DNA of 64,000 bases from the human T2T-CHM13v2.0 reference genome, Homo sapiens. The stretch lies in NCBI RefSeq assembly GCF_009914755.1, contig NC_060934.1. One strand, 5' to 3'. Shown here in pieces: positions 28,170 through 44,384 of the stretch (its first letter is position 1; each line of letters begins with the position of its first letter). The position numbers and the translations under genes are program-made. The notes beneath the pieces are model-generated. The model worked only from the letters and a program-made list of their open reading frames with translations, did not search any database and was not told where the DNA came from.

Positions 28170-29004
28170 TCATTGCCTCTGTCTCTGAGGAGAACTAGGA
28201 ACTGTGGTAAGCAGATTTGAAAGGAAGAATAAAATCTAAAGCAACATCCTATGAGGTAAAATCATTGTGGACTGTCAATCTTATAGCTCATATATTTCAA
28301 ATTAGACTTCTGGTTGTGTTTTATTTCAATTTTTTCCATTCGATTTTCAAATGATTTTTATTGTCTGTTTGTATTGTTTCTCATATTATTATTCCAATCC
28401 CATTTTACTAAACATGTTTTTAAGTTAAAACCCTTGATGACTAAGACACAACCACTTAGAAGATAAGACTGTCATGGGTCATACTTTTTTTCTTATCTTT
28501 ACAAGGCTAAAATGTGGCCATTAGTAGTTTGTGAACCCAAGGAATTCTTCAGACCAATTACTTCCACAATTCTAAGAAATGGGGCACATTTTCAGAAGAT
28601 TCTTAACCTACTCCTAGCCTTACAGGTGAGCAGTTATTCTAAGTGAAAGCTTTTCTTCTTCACAAGGAACTCACAGCTTTAAAGGAAAGAGGGCAGGAGG
28701 ATGAGGGCTGCATATGAGCACTGTAAAAGGAGGCCCTAGAGGGGAGTGGGATGACTCACGCTAATCTACTATGATTCTGACTGGAATGGGGTTATACGAA
28801 GGGTTTGAACATGACACCAAGGCTTTAGCATGGCCCTCTCAACCTGCTGTTAAGGTGAAATGTATGGAATGCTGTTGGATATTCACTCAGGTTTGGATTA
28901 CTCTGACATATCCTTCCATTTCCTACCTAACACAACTTTCTCAACTGTATTCACCTAAAACTATACAGAATATTAACTAGAGCTGATGTGAATGTCCACA
29001 GTAG

Positions 29005-29346
<342 letters not shown>

Positions 29347-30070
29347 AGGAAAAGGTTTTAAATGGACAAGAACTATACTATTTCTCAGTCTCAGAAGACA
29401 AATCTCTGTTTAAGCCACGGTATGTATAAAGACTGCAGATGTGTTTGTGTATGTATATGTATGGGAAGAGAAAAGAGGGGAGAGAGAAGAGAGATTACTG
29501 AATTTTCTGGCGTAAAAAAAATAGAACATGAAAAAATAAAATGTAATTTTATTTTTATTTATTTATGAATGGTTAATAATAGTCTACAATAGTTACAAAT
29601 GCAAGCTAATCAAATCCACACTTTGACTTCTCCATCTGAAAGGTAGAGGTACAGTAATGCATTCCTTGATGTATTTCTTAACTAACTTCCTGACCCATAA
29701 TGAGACTAAGTAAATTCTACAAAACCACAAATACTAAGTATTCAAAAGTTACTGTGAGTTTATTTTTATAAACTACAGCTTCCAAAATTATTTGAGGCTC
29801 TAATCTATCCCATTTCCTGGAAAACACTAGAATCAATCGTTCATGAGACTCTGATTACAAGCTTATTAAAACATTGATGATCTACCAGATATAAACTCTA
29901 GGGCATGCAAAATTTCAGAAGCACAGCTTCTGAAACCAGTGTCTGGTCTTGATGAGCGTTCAGAGCAGTGTGAAGCCCTCAAAGCTTTTGTTTTATTGAA
30001 GAGATCCTGGGTTCCAGATTCATAAAATCTTAGAAGCACAAGTACCTTAGCCTATTCACAATTGAAGAGA

Positions 30071-30120
30071 AAGAGACAGAGAGACACAGAAAGACAGAGA
30101 TAGACACAGATAGACAGAGA
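30071..30120. repeat. (GA)/(GACA) purine-rich microsatellite
   Basis: Seen directly. Confidence 0.8.
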
Positions 30121-31691
30121 TGTCACTAAATATTTCTTCTGTCTCTAGGTTTCCCTAAATCACTCTATCTCGAGGACCCTGAAAACTACATTGCCTTTTT
30201 ACAAAAGCCTGATTCGTCCTCCGGTAATACCATTTAAACACAACAAATAAAAATTGGCCAGAGTATCAACATACAATATCTCTACTGACTTAACATGGCT
30301 CTCCTCAAATTGGGGTGACTCATCATTAAGACTGAAAATGGTTAGTTTTATGCAAATACTTGTGAAATTTACTTCCAAAACAGAAGAACATGATTAGAGC
30401 TCATTTTGCAGCTTGCCTTTTATGGACAATCATACTGTGCTTTATTTTATTAAACACTTAAATAATTTATTTACCATCAAATAACATCCTCATTAAAGGC
30501 TACAATAAGGGAGATAGATGTCACTCTGAAGACATATGGGATAAAAAAATGCCAAGGGCAGTTTTGAAGAGAATTGGATAAGTGAAACAAGTTCCTGAGA
30601 GCATTTACTCCAGCTCAGAAAATACAGAAGTTTGTTGACACCCAAACATATGTGACACATTGAAGATGGATCTTTAAAGATCCTACTTGGCTGAACACTG
30701 TAGAATTATATGAAGAATCCTTTTCAACAACCATACAATGATTTTCTCAAGAAGAGTAGACAATGAGCATTTTGTATTACGCCGAGGCAACTGCATTGAA
30801 GACACTAGCTCTACATTGTACAATCACTCACAAAGCAATTGGAATTTGACAATAAAACAAACCAAGGCCTTTTCCCCACTACCAAACAAATTTCCAAGCC
30901 GTATTGTTGAAAAGAATGCAGTTGGATAAAGAAGTCCAAAGCCTAGAAGTGACTTGAGGTTTAAAGCACTTCACAGATGCTGTCAAAATAAGGATTTTCA
31001 AAGCTTGTTTTCACAGTGGAGAGAATTCGGGCACTGGAGAAGCATCTGTGTAATCTCGTCTAAGCACAATACCTACAGGGCTCATTGCTTTCCAGAGACA
31101 TGGAATCATTTAATAGTTTCACAATTCAAACAGAAGTCCTAATCCATTGTATATTATAGTAAAACCCAGCCAAGACTACAAAAAATGTGAATATACAGAT
31201 GCAAAATTAATCCACTTCTCAAAGCTTGGAAGTGAGCAGATGATGCATTTTATGACACAGGTGGATTATTTTGGGAGGTTGGGGGCGGATACCTAACCTC
31301 ATTTAAAGACAAGTTTTTAATAACTAAGAGAAGTTACTACATAACAGCTTAAAATATTGAGATATCCTAAAATTATCCTATATTGCTTATATTTCAAATA
31401 ATAAATTTATCAAACTATAAATAATATGGCATGTTGGAAAGACCATTAATTAGGAATCAAGTAGGTCTAGATTCAACATTTTCAATATTTTGACTTCGCC
31501 ATTTATAGCTGTGGACTTTAGGCACATCTGAATTATCTCTTGGGTTATATGGTTCTCTTTTTTTAAAGCAATTGGAAGAACACATACATCATATAGCCAT
31601 TAGTTGTATTAAGTGACCTACCAGCATGGTTTGGGAATACAGCACTCTGTTAGTCACATTATTTAACTCCACCTAGAAAATATTACCAGAC

Positions 31692-32070
<379 letters not shown>

Positions 32071-32842
32071 TCATCTCTTTTACTTTAAGTCCGTCTTGGG
32101 GTTGTCTTTGGTGAGACAAAATAATTGTCCCCTATAAAACAGAAGGAACTCACTACATTTCACCTGCCACCATTTGGCTTGTCCCCTCAAACATGGAGCC
32201 TTATCAGAGGGGTCAAACAATCCTTCTTTTTTTTTTCCTGGAAAACATGGTATTGCACAGTGGCTCTGGCCAGTCCAGTCTTATTAAGTAGCTTTATCCT
32301 TGATCCATATGTCTAGTGTTCCTGGAGAAACATGTTTTCATTTAATAAATAAAAGACAATGTAATATAATGGAAAGTTCCTGATACATCTACGTTGATTG
32401 GTTCTATTACTTCCCAGCAGTAATATTAGACAGTTTTAACCTAACGGAATAGTCACTAACTTCTCTCTAAATAATACCATATCTTGAGTCATTGTAAAGA
32501 CTGAATAAGAATGTATGTAATATACCAAGTCAATTTCCTACCACCTGGTCAATGCTCAATATACAGCAATAGTGAAGATAAAGAAGGTGACAAGTAGCAC
32601 AAGATTAACTGGAAAGTTTCTAGAACCTTATATAGGGAAGGTCATGAGAAGTCAAGCGTTTGAAGAACAAAGGTAACATTTACCATGAAGATGTGGCAAA
32701 GATGGAATTAATAGCCGAGGAGGGAAAATAAATATCGGCTTAGGCCTCCTAACTGTCTGCAGAAATCTTCCCATAGCTCCTGCCTGTTTCCCTTTTGGTT
32801 GCTAGAGTTTCCCAATTGCTGTGGGTTGGGTAATTTGCCTAA

Positions 32843-33131
<289 letters not shown>

Positions 33132-33529
33132 TGAATTTATTTTTTTTAAAGGCTTGATTTTGTTGTTGTTGTTCCCACCCTTTCCCCTGAATACTCTGCA
33201 CAGTTACACTGGAAGTAGTTAAATTCACCATTTTATCCATAGATCTCAGAATTGTGAGACAAAATTAAGATAAACATTAGGGAGGCAAGCACCTCCCCTA
33301 GGAAACGCAATGACCACAGGCAGCTTTTACTCAATGCACTGCATCTGAAGGCAGGCCCTGGGGGGGACGGTGGGATTTCCCTGATTGGGTGGGGCATGGC
33401 AGGCACTCTCTGTCTGATGTCTGTGACTGGTTTTCCTATTCTAGAGTATTTCCAGTTCACAGGGGAAATAACGCAAATGGATACGGCAGGCCAACGATGT
33501 AACAAAGTAGGCATATTGTTCAGTTGTTT

Positions 33530-33900
33530 CACCCACCTTTTCTCAGAGCCAGCTCTGATCGCTACTGCTGGATGATCAGTGGCTTTTTGTCTTTAATCTC
33601 TGGGCACAGATCACTGGAAGAGATATGGACAATTGAACCAAAGTGGGACAGTTAGCATGTGTCTCCTACTCATCTGTAATTTAGATGCAGAGTTTGAGTT
33701 ACATAAATGGTAGGGCCTTAGAATAAAATTTCATGAACAACTTCTATTGTAGCCCCTGAATTTGTCATGGTTCCTCCATTTCCCAGAAACTTCCTGTTCA
33801 GCTTTTCCTAGAATTTTAAGGATCTGTGTAATTTCCAATCAGTGCCTCCTCTACTTAAGCTAATATGAGCAAGTTATTATTTGTTATTAAGATTATTTGT
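33530..33900 (+). mobile_element. Degraded ERVL-class LTR (LTR33/LTR16-like)
   Basis: 3' end cctctacttaagctaatatgagc...tttgttatt resembles ERVL LTR termini. Confidence 0.4.
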
Positions 33901-35863
33901 TTCTATTATTAATTCTATTACTAATATTAATAGATACATTAATCTAATTCAAATTACCATTACCATCTGACTTAGAATCTTGTGATATACAAAAGACATT
34001 CATGGAAAATAGGCTGGATCGATCAACTGCTAACCTCTAAAACATCAATAGTCATAATCACCCAAAGCCAAATTCCTTTATTTTTCATTTAAGTATATGA
34101 CAAACCTTTTATTTTTTTTAGAATTTTACTTTTTAATTTTGTTTTGCTGGCGTCTTTGTTAAGGCAAACTAAAAGTTAAATCCAATGTTTTCATAAAATT
34201 AACAAATATTAATAGTAAAGCTCATATTACTTGACATGAACTAAAAACTGTTTATGGGGTAAACAAAAAGTGGCATAGATATTCTAGTTATTATGTGATT
34301 CCCATCCAACACATATGAGTAGTGTACATAGCCTATCTTTCTGACCTTCAGAAAAGACTAGTTTAAGTTATCCTAGACACATGAAAATCTATCTTGTCTT
34401 TAAAAATCTGCAGAAATTAAAACATATTTTCCATGTGCTTTAATATCATCTAATAGATACTATTTCTGGCGAGTCAGAAAATATCTTTCCTTCTCACTGC
34501 TGTATCCTCATCACTTAGCACAGAGCCAAACCTTGAACAGGGGACTCAAACTAGTTCTTATATAAATAAATTAAGGAAGGAATAAACAAATGAAAAAAAG
34601 GTAAAATAACCTAACAAAAAGACAAAAGGATTTAAGTCTGATGCTGTCAGGCAAAGGCAAACAGGTTATTCCAGGTGTAAAATGAATACAATGATATTTG
34701 TCACATCTATATTTTCCCAAACCCCATCTTTAACCACATAAAGCACTGAACACAAGAAAAATGGCACAAAACTAGATTCAAGTTACTGTAAGTTCTTACA
34801 GTCTCAAAATGAACCCACCCATGTCTAACAATACTTATTCCATCCAGCATTACAATTTTTAAAAGGGCTCTCAGATGGCTGCGGCTCTTTTCAGACTTAA
34901 TTGTGAAGAGGGCACTAGGAAGAATGATCCATCGACCCACCAAATCCCTTAAGCCTGTGTTTATTTCACTTTGCAACTCACCCAACAATGACATAGAGGC
35001 ATTATAGAATGAAAGAAGGTGGAGAGCCTGATGGCTTCCACGCAGAGGGGTTCAGGTCTCTCTCTGGGATGAACCAGCCTTCTTAATCTCTTCCCACTCA
35101 TTCACGATTCCTTGTACAGGGGGCAGGAACACTGCGAGCACTTTCCCCAGCAGTGGCCTGTCCTAGTTTATGCATCCCTAAAGAGAACCCTGGAGAAGCA
35201 TAGGACTCATTGGACACCACAAGAGAGGAAGTAAAGGAGAAAGGAAAATGGAATGGGACATGGCAGCCTCCAGTTACCATGTAAGTTGTGGAGAAATCAA
35301 ATGTTTCCCTTATGTGACTAATCATTTTGAGCATTGTCCCTGTAGAAAGAGAGCACAGAGGAGTTTGGACTTGTAATTCAGGTTGGGTCACGGCTTCACG
35401 AACATTACCTTCCTCATGAGTAAAATAATGATAGTACTAATGATGACAATTATGACTGATAACAATAAAAACCATTTCTATCTTCCAATATTTTTGGAGA
35501 TATTAAATGACAGAAGGTAATTACTATGTAAAATTTAAAGCTACAGATAGATGTCCCCTATTATTTTTCAACTGTGCAGAACCTTCCAACACTAAGCCTA
35601 GATGCTTAGCTGGGGTTGGGAGATTCTGGGCATGATAGAGATGGTAAAATTAGAAACAACAGCCTCATTGACTATACGCATAATTTGAACCAAAGCCCTT
35701 ATTTTGATAAGCAGATTTCTGAAAGGGTTAGCCAGTAAGATTCTGAGCTGGGATGTAGAACCCAAGTTATTCCCAGTGGAAGTGATATAGAAAGAGACGC
35801 TGTCAGAAGCAACACTGGATCTAGAATTGATTGTCCAATACAGCCAGGTATCTATTCTAAAGT

Positions 35864-35897
35864 ACACACACACACACACACACACACGTACACACAC
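35864..35897. repeat. (CA)n microsatellite with one interruption
   Basis: Seen directly. Confidence 0.95.
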
Positions 35898-38269
35898 AAT
35901 TGGTGAGTGAAATGAAAGAAAAGATAGCCAGTGACCTAGAAGAGAGTAAACACATGGGAAAGAAAAGCTCTATCTCCATGAGGTGTCTAGAGGAAAAAGT
36001 AAAAGCGAGGGAGACCCAAGCCCTCTGTTATGGTTCATCATGGGAAAATACCAACAAAAGTAGTTCATGCAGCATCCTTTACCACATTTTGTCACAAATC
36101 TCATCACGCAGCTGCTGCTGACATGACTCTTCTACTAATCCCTTCCTGCCTATGCAACAGAGCTGGTGAGTAGCCCCATTTGAGCCTTCCCTGATAAATC
36201 CCATAATCCTCACCACCTGCTTATGGGTTCCCCAGCATCGGTGATGACTGACTCCTTAGGATTCAAAGCAAATGCTGCTGTCCTCTCTCCCTTTTCTATG
36301 AGTCAGCCTTCTGATGATAACAATCCATTGTTTCATCATTTAATGTGGTCATATAAACAGGAGGAGGATGGCTGAGATTAAGATGGGACATTAATTTCCA
36401 TTTCCTGGAGGATAAATCTTCTGATGTTTCCAAACTTGTGCCTCTGGCCTCCTGACAGTCCCATAAACTTGGGAAGATGAATGGAGTGTCTGTTTTAAAG
36501 TCATCTTTAACATTTTATGCATGGGCATGAACTTCAAATTCCAGAGACCGAGTTCATTTGCTGCTACATTAAGGATCCAGGTGGAGGAGAATAAGTCACC
36601 GAGATTCAATCATCTTCTGAAATATTGCTTACCTGAGAGTCCCTTCAAGATAGAGTAACTGCTGGAGACCCCCATGTGCCTCTAACAGCTGGACTTTGGT
36701 CCTTCAAAGCCTAAATGATCCATTTGGCTACATTTTATTTTCTTCAACTCTTTTCACTCTTCCAGATGGTAAAATGCAAAAATCTTAATATTCTGCAATG
36801 GCCAAGTAGCTGCCACACAGTTTCATGACCCATCACTCACTCTCTGATTATCCTGTCTTTATGTATGAATGAGCTCCTACATAATGCCATCAGAGTACAC
36901 GACACTGCACATCAGTATCTAGCAGAGTACCTACAGGACCAAAACAGGCCAGTAAATCTAAGAGATTTCCGAGAAGAGCTGCAAAGGTGATTTAAGAATA
37001 TTGAAAGTTGATTTAGGAAGGAAGATAAAAAGATCTCTTGCTTAAGCCAACTATGAAAATGTGGTAAAGCAGGTACATCCATACATCTGAAGTTCAGAAA
37101 TGCTTCTAAGCAGAAGGATTGGAAGCCATACTAAAGGCAACTGCAAAATTGGAGCTTAGGAAAGAGAGAGACTCTCAAACTGCATGATACATCCTCTGTG
37201 TGATTCTAAGATGCCAAGAACGCTTCAGGAGCTGATGTTGCCCAAGACTGACACGAGCTCTTTCTGCAGTGAAAACCAGGATGAGAGACAAGAATTCTTC
37301 AGGAGATCATTGTTTATGGTTGTGGAAGCTGAGTAGTATTGAGGGATAATATCATCCATATTGCATGGTGAGAGGCAATGCAAGCATAGGGCTTGGCACA
37401 CACTTAAGTGCTGAATGCATGACAGCTAGTGCTGCTCTACTCTCAATGGTATCGTTCTCCCTGCCTTGCACATGACAAGGCTGCAGTCCAATATGCCTGC
37501 CAGTCAGATGCTGGGCTCCTTCATTCTTCTTACTGAGCTCCCATTCAGGAATCAAACACATACTACAGATTAGCAAAGAACAGGCTTAAGAACTAAGCAA
37601 CCTGCTGTGAGAGAGCTATCACAACTTTATTTTTACACCCTTTTCTCAATAACCATAAGATGCCAAGTATATCTTTTTGTGGCTTTTCACTGGAAAACCA
37701 AGTGCAGGACTTGAGAAACAGAAGGCTTTATATTTTACTTCTAAGTACCTATGCCAGACAAATCCTGAAAAGCACTTTCAGCTTTTTGGAAAATATTCCC
37801 AGGTTCACGGGCTAAAAGAAGACCATGAAAAAAAAAAAAAAAAAAAAAAACCTTACTGCTTCATGATTCCAACTTTTCTCAAGTTCAATAAGGAAAGAAA
37901 CCATAGCAATAATAATGCCAGGTAATGATTTAAGTTTTATGAGCTAGGGAGCTTTCTTTGGTACTTTTCAGTCATTTCTCATTTAATCCTTACAAAAGCC
38001 TCATGCAGCTTATGCTTTAGTGGAATTCTTCAAGATTCCATTGCTAGTAAGCACTCAAACTACAATTTGAACTCAAGCCGCCTGACTGCAGAGCCATGAT
38101 TTTTTTTAACCAAGATGCAGTACTGGTTCCCAAAATGTATGACTGATTTCCACATATATGCCCAGCACATACACACTTCGATTGACCGACAGTGCTGCAT
38201 CCCTGGTCTGAAACATCTCCGGTCTGAAACATGCTTCAATGTCTGAAATAGCATCCTGAATGACATCTC

Positions 38270-39200
38270 TTCATTATACCCTCTCCCCTTCACTCTATTC
38301 TCAACTAGAGCAATTCACTTACAAAGCGAGTCTTTCGGCCAGGCGTGGTGGCTCACGCCTGTAATCCCAACACTTTGGGAGGCCGAGGAGGGCAGATCAC
38401 AAGGTCAAGAGATAGAAACCATCCTGGCCAACACAGTGAAACCCTGTCTCTACTAAAAATACAAAAATTAGTTGGGTATGGTGGTGTGTGCCCGTAGTCC
38501 CAGCTACTTGGGAGGCTGAGACAGGAGAATCGCTTGAACCCGGGACAAGGAGGTTGCAGGGGGCTGAGATCACATCACTGCAGCCTGGCATCCAGCCTGG
38601 CGACAGAGTGAGACTCAGTCTCAAAAAAAAAAAAAAACTGAGTCTTTCATGTCACTCCCTGTTTGAAATCTCCCTCAGAATAAAAGCCACATTCCCTATG
38701 GTGGATGGAGAAGCCTTACACAATCTGCCTATCACTACCTCTTCCACCATGATCTCTCTGGCCTCATCCCTTTCTGTTCTCTACCTCCTTCACTCTGCTC
38801 CAGCTCTTGTAACTTTATCTTCTTGCTCTTTCTTGAACACAGTGGGGTCATTCCAGCCTCAGGAACTTTTTACTCACCATTCCTATGCCTGGACCGCTAT
38901 CCCCCAGAAGCACACATAGCTCACTCCCATGCCACCTCGAGATTTTCGAATTCTTATCACTCTATTTAAAACTTCGAAAACCCCACTTCTCCCAGACTTT
39001 CTAACATTCTCCCTTACTTTATTTTCTCCATAACAGTGATGATCATATAATGCCCTTTATATATTTCACTAATGTATATATTTTCTCTTTTTTAATCAAG
39101 AATATAAGATCTATGAAGGCAAACATTTTTTTTTAATTCCCTCCTACACCCCCAGCACTCAAACAGTGTCATATGGTAATTGTTTATTATATGAATGTAT
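38270..39200 (+). mobile_element. L2 3' region, interrupted by AluSc
   Basis: atgtcactccctgtttgaaatc, ctctgctccagc, cagcctcaggaactttt, atagctcactccc, tataagatctatgaaggca and ccccagcact are L2a-like motifs. Confidence 0.75.
38337..38637 (+). mobile_element. AluSc
   Basis: gatcacaaggtcaagagat and ccagcctggcgacag. TSD gagtctttc. Small internal cagcctggc duplication. Confidence 0.9.
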
Positions 39201-41393
39201 AATATATCATCTTTAATATTCTAAGAAACATCCTTCAATCAAATAGAGAATCTTAAATCACTGGGAAATCCTTTCTGTTAAGTATTCTTCCAAACTGACA
39301 TTAAGAAACTCCAATTTATTATTGCAGTTGGAAAACATTTCTAAATATTACTGAAATCATATTTCTGTTTCACAATATTTTTCCTTAAGCACTTTGTTCT
39401 CACTACAAATAGGCTATGAAGGTGAGGTATATAATTGCAAAAAAGGGGGAATGACAGATATAAACTATAGAATAAAAATTATTCACCTATGACTTTCAAA
39501 AAATGGTTTTTAATCAAGGCTACAGATCATACAACAGATTTAGAGCCCAAGACATTTTGATTGGCAATAATTAGGTACAAGAAATAGAAGTGGCTTTTGT
39601 TTAGAATTTTTTTAAAAAAGGCTCCATATATCAGTAGTTGGTAATATCAGAGAGGACACTATGCATTGAGTAGGGAATGATAAAGATATAGTTTGCCAGA
39701 CCAAAAGCAAAAGTAGCATTTGACTTGGTGGGAGGACCCCTAAGAACGGGAGAAGCAACATGGTTAGATGTTAAGTATGGTCCCTGACACAGCCAGCCCC
39801 TTCACTCTTTGCAGTGAAAACCTTCATTTGGGAAAGTAATAGAAGCGTCATAGACAGGTTTGATGATCTGTCGGCAAGAGAAACTCATTGCCTGATCTTC
39901 TGGAACATGGGAGAAGGCAGTCTTTCAGAGTGTCTCTCACCAACGCGGGACAGCTCTATGCTGCTAACAAGATGTAAAAATCCCCCCTGGCCTAGTGTAG
40001 GACACAGATGTTACCTAAGAGCACTGGCTGGTCATTAAGTCAAGAGGTGAAGTGACTGTGGAGGAGAAAGAGTTAGAGTAAATGGCCCAAGCTAGGAATT
40101 AAGTGGCAGTCACAGCCAGTCTTGGGAAAAAATATAGCACCCACAAGCATTAGGATGGGGACTTAGTCTATCAGAGGGCTGATGCCAATGCATAACACAG
40201 ACAAGGAAACAGAAGGCAATCTGTCTCATCTACAGTTGCATCAGACACAGAGTCAATATGAAAGGCCAAGGGACAACATTCTTTAGTGGGAGCCTGCAAA
40301 CAACCGAAGGGTACACATTGACCTGACGCCACTTCCCCACCTCATCATGCTGCATGTAGCCATGAAACTCATAGTCTCCCTGAACCCAAGCAAAGAAGAA
40401 AGAGCAGAGGAAAAAAGCCACTGAAAGTTTAAGTGTCTGTTCTAAAGAGTTGGATTTATCCAGAAAGCAATGAATTTTAACTGGAAGTCAGTAAGATACA
40501 TTCAAGTGGCATATAAGTATTCCTTCCTTAAGCAGAAATGGGTGCTGGCGAGCAAGCAGTATTCAGTTATGCAGAAATAAAGTTATATTTCTACCCACCT
40601 CAGTCACAGTGTACAAATTTTAAATCCACTCTATATGTAAGGGCCAGTGATTTATCAGTGCTGAATTTTACAGTAAAATAAAAATTTAAAAAGTTACCAA
40701 TGGCTAAGTATAGGGCAGAAATCATGAGGAATATTAAAAAAAAGGTTACCTCCCATCCAAGGAGAAACACGGTAAAAGGTGATTCAGCTAAAATATTATA
40801 AAGCCAAATATGAAAAATATATGCCCTGCTTACAATAAACCTATAATATAGCCCCAACATAGTTATTTCCAATTGGTAAGTGGAATTCAATTTGCATTAA
40901 AAAAAAACAAGAATAAAGATACACTTTACAACTTATCCAGGATTTTTCCTCTTGTATATATGAAACCCTCACTGTTTATTCCCCATTTCCATCCAGCTGG
41001 AAACAACCATATCCATTATAAGATTACACAGCACTAAGTGGGCACGGTTACTCATGATTTGCTAATGGATGAATTGCATTTTATCCAGTGTTTGCAGTCA
41101 CCTTAAATGCAGATAATATATGGCAAGTTATTGTTGCAAGAGGCAAGAAACAGTCACAGTTATGTTTCACTGGCATTTAACAAATGAGGAATAAGACGTT
41201 GAAGCCTTTGTGCTTTGCTTTAACAAGTTTTAAAAGGTAAAAGGGACTGGCTATGAGGTAGACAGATCACTAGGTTTGAAATCATGTTTTACCACATACT
41301 ATTGATATGACTTTCAACTTCTTTCACCTTGAAAAGGTTAAGTAGTTACCTATAGGGAACACAGAGATCATGTACATGAAGACTTAGCTTTAG

Positions 41394-41755
<362 letters not shown>

Positions 41756-42377
41756 CTATCAATATTCTTAAAGGCCAAATTCCTAACAAAACGGATCATC
41801 AACTCACTCTTAACCCAAGATTCTCTCCATAAGCTCCTTTTTTCTAGTTTTCATGTAGATTGCCCATCTCATTTCCCCCATTCACTTCTCCATGCTATCC
41901 CAACACTAGTTTTCTCCAATCTTCAATCTTCAATTGTTTTGAACAACAATTAATGTGCTTTAAGGAGAATAACCTCTCTCAATATTGAGATCTTTTCGCA
42001 AAGTCACAGAAACACACGCATTCACTTTTACCATGTCCAATTGTGATGAATGCAAGGTTCTGGGAAATGACTGGCCAGTGTTAGGACATAGTTTTCAATA
42101 AAGGAACTGAATAAAAACCTCTGTGCTCAGGGAATGAAATCCAGGAGCACAGCCCAATTTGTGATTTATTTTTAACAAGTGAATGAGAAATGGAGAAATT
42201 AAAAAACACATTTTTGGAATCAGAAATCTTTCATCTGATTTCTTTGTTGCATGCTTTTAAGCAAATTATTTATTTATTCTGGGACTCAATTTCCCTACTT
42301 GTAAAATAAAGGCAACAAAACTGGCTGGATCATTTCCATTTCTTTCCAGGTTCTTTCCTACTTTCCATGTCCACACT

Positions 42378-42834
42378 GTGTGTCATAGGATGGCAGTTTT
42401 GGTGCTATAACAACTGGGCCTGCAAGGTGCCTGTTTGAGTTCATAGGAGCAACTGGCTAGGGTTCCAAAGCTGGAATGAGAGAAAGACCAAAGTCTTTAT
42501 ACTCTATCCCACCATCCCACTCCACCCCTAGCCCCAGCCTCTCTGCCAGGCCACACATTAGCAGAGGCCATATTCTTCTTACCTGTGCCTGCAGCTCTCC
42601 TCATCTGTGCCCTCCCTGCTATTATGGCTCCCTCTCGATTCTGGTCACCAAACTCTCAGCCTCTTTAGGACCAGAGGTGATAGCTGCACATCAGCTAGTG
42701 CCTGGGTGCTTTCTTATTGCTTATAGGTTTCCTTTAGTTCTGACTTTTAAATAGTCCCTTCATTAAGTTATCTTTAATTTCTAATTTCCATTTGAGTGTG
42801 CCATCTCTTTTCTGCCAGAATCCTGACTCACTCA
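42378..42834 (+). mobile_element. Ancient ERVL-class solo LTR (LTR33/LTR41-like)
   Basis: 3' end aatagtcccttcattaa ... atttgagtgtgccatctcttttctgccagaatcctgact matches recalled ERVL LTR termini. Confidence 0.55.
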
Positions 42835-44384
42835 AAAATCTACATCCTTGAGCTATTATAAAAACATGAGACAATGTAATACAGGAAAAAAATGCCCATT
42901 TTATGTCTGTTACACAGTAGGGTGATCGATGAATATCTGGTAAATCTTACTTATAAAACAGTTATTTTTTGCAAAGCACTATTGTGATAAGCATTCTCCT
43001 TGTGCAGGTCATGTCTTAGTCACATGTAGACAATCATTAGGTAAGCTGCAAAGTGGCCAATTTTTGTAATATCTAGTTTTTGTTGTTGTTGTCTATGTCA
43101 GGCATAATATCCAGGTTGCCAAATATTAGTAGGTTATTATGATGTTTCTCAGTATGTCTTTCTTTACCAACTTATCGATATTGAACTCTTTTATCTTTCC
43201 TCCCAAGTGAATCCAACTTAGCTCCTGAGTCTCACACCTGTTTCCCAAACATCTAGCACATCACTTAGTAGACAATAAGAGGTCCAGAAACAACTATTGT
43301 TTCTGGGAGCTGCTTGCCATACTGAAGAAGTAGTCAGTTGTCCTGATGCAGACTGGTGAGCTGTCTCTATTGCCTAAATCAATAATTGTATGTTTTGTTT
43401 TGTTTTGGTTTTTTCCACCATTCAGCATTTAGGCTATCTCCATAAAAGATCTGGTGAGTGCATATGTATCACGTGTCAGGAATGCATATCAAATTGAGAA
43501 TTTACTGTTTTCTGTCTGGGCTCAGCCAACACCTCGTTGTTAAAGATGACACTATTTTATAAGGGAAGAGGAAATTTAATTAATGCCTTTGTGGCATAAC
43601 TTCTAACAATTTTGGAATGACTTCTTTCTGGAATTGAAATTAGTTCCTTGAAGATATTGCTCTAAAGCTCCATATTGACAATAATTAGATTTATTTTTGG
43701 TAATCTTTACACATGCATGACTTCTCCCATGTGGCTCTCATGTATTACTCTGGGAAAACACATATTAATATTCCCATTTTAAGAATAAGAAAACCATAAC
43801 TTAGAGGTGTTAAATTCCAGGCACAAGGTCACTAAGTAAATGGCAGACATAGGACCAGAACTCAGATCTTTGGACCCCAAATTTCATTTTTCACTCAATA
43901 ACTCTTCATGAACAACCAACAATGCGTACAGTACTGAATTAGTCCCAGCACAAGCTTCTGCACTATTATGGTGTCCATTAATTAAGGAAGTTTCAGTTGC
44001 TCTGTAAACAATCTATAGTGAAGACATATATAGTGTTAAAGGTATTGACAAAATTCTACAGCGCTCCAGAGGATGTAAAGAAGGAAAAATTCTGAGAGTA
44101 GTAAAGTTGGGTTCAGTCTTGATTGGCAGATAAAAGTTTTTCAGGGCAGCTTGATACAGGATATTTTCTTTCTCTATTAACTACATAGTATATGATATAT
44201 CTCTCTTTATGTTAACTCAAATTTAATTCTCAGGGACTCTTGATTGAGAAGATTTTTGAGTGTGAGACCACTAGAAAATACAAGAAGTCCACATGTCCAT
44301 CTCTTAATATGTGACCCTTTCCATGAGCATTTCCAAATACTGACCTAATCAACAGTTAAACAAGATTCCCTAAAGGAGTGGTCT

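Noticed and set aside
30240-31100. Purine-rich, coding-looking stretch with faint resemblance to an RTE-type LINE C-terminus (CDTLKMDL)
   Set aside because: The similarity is too weak to judge by eye and the frames I read contain stops. It needs nhmmer against Dfam and tblastx.
36625-36715. Strong - strand donor CAG|GTAAGC at ~36627-36633
   Set aside because: No convincing upstream acceptor, and all three frames of the adjacent ~80 nt contain stops. An isolated donor motif is expected by chance.
38203-38250. Three gtctgaaa(c/t)a units
   Set aside because: Ordinary short slippage duplication with no further structure.
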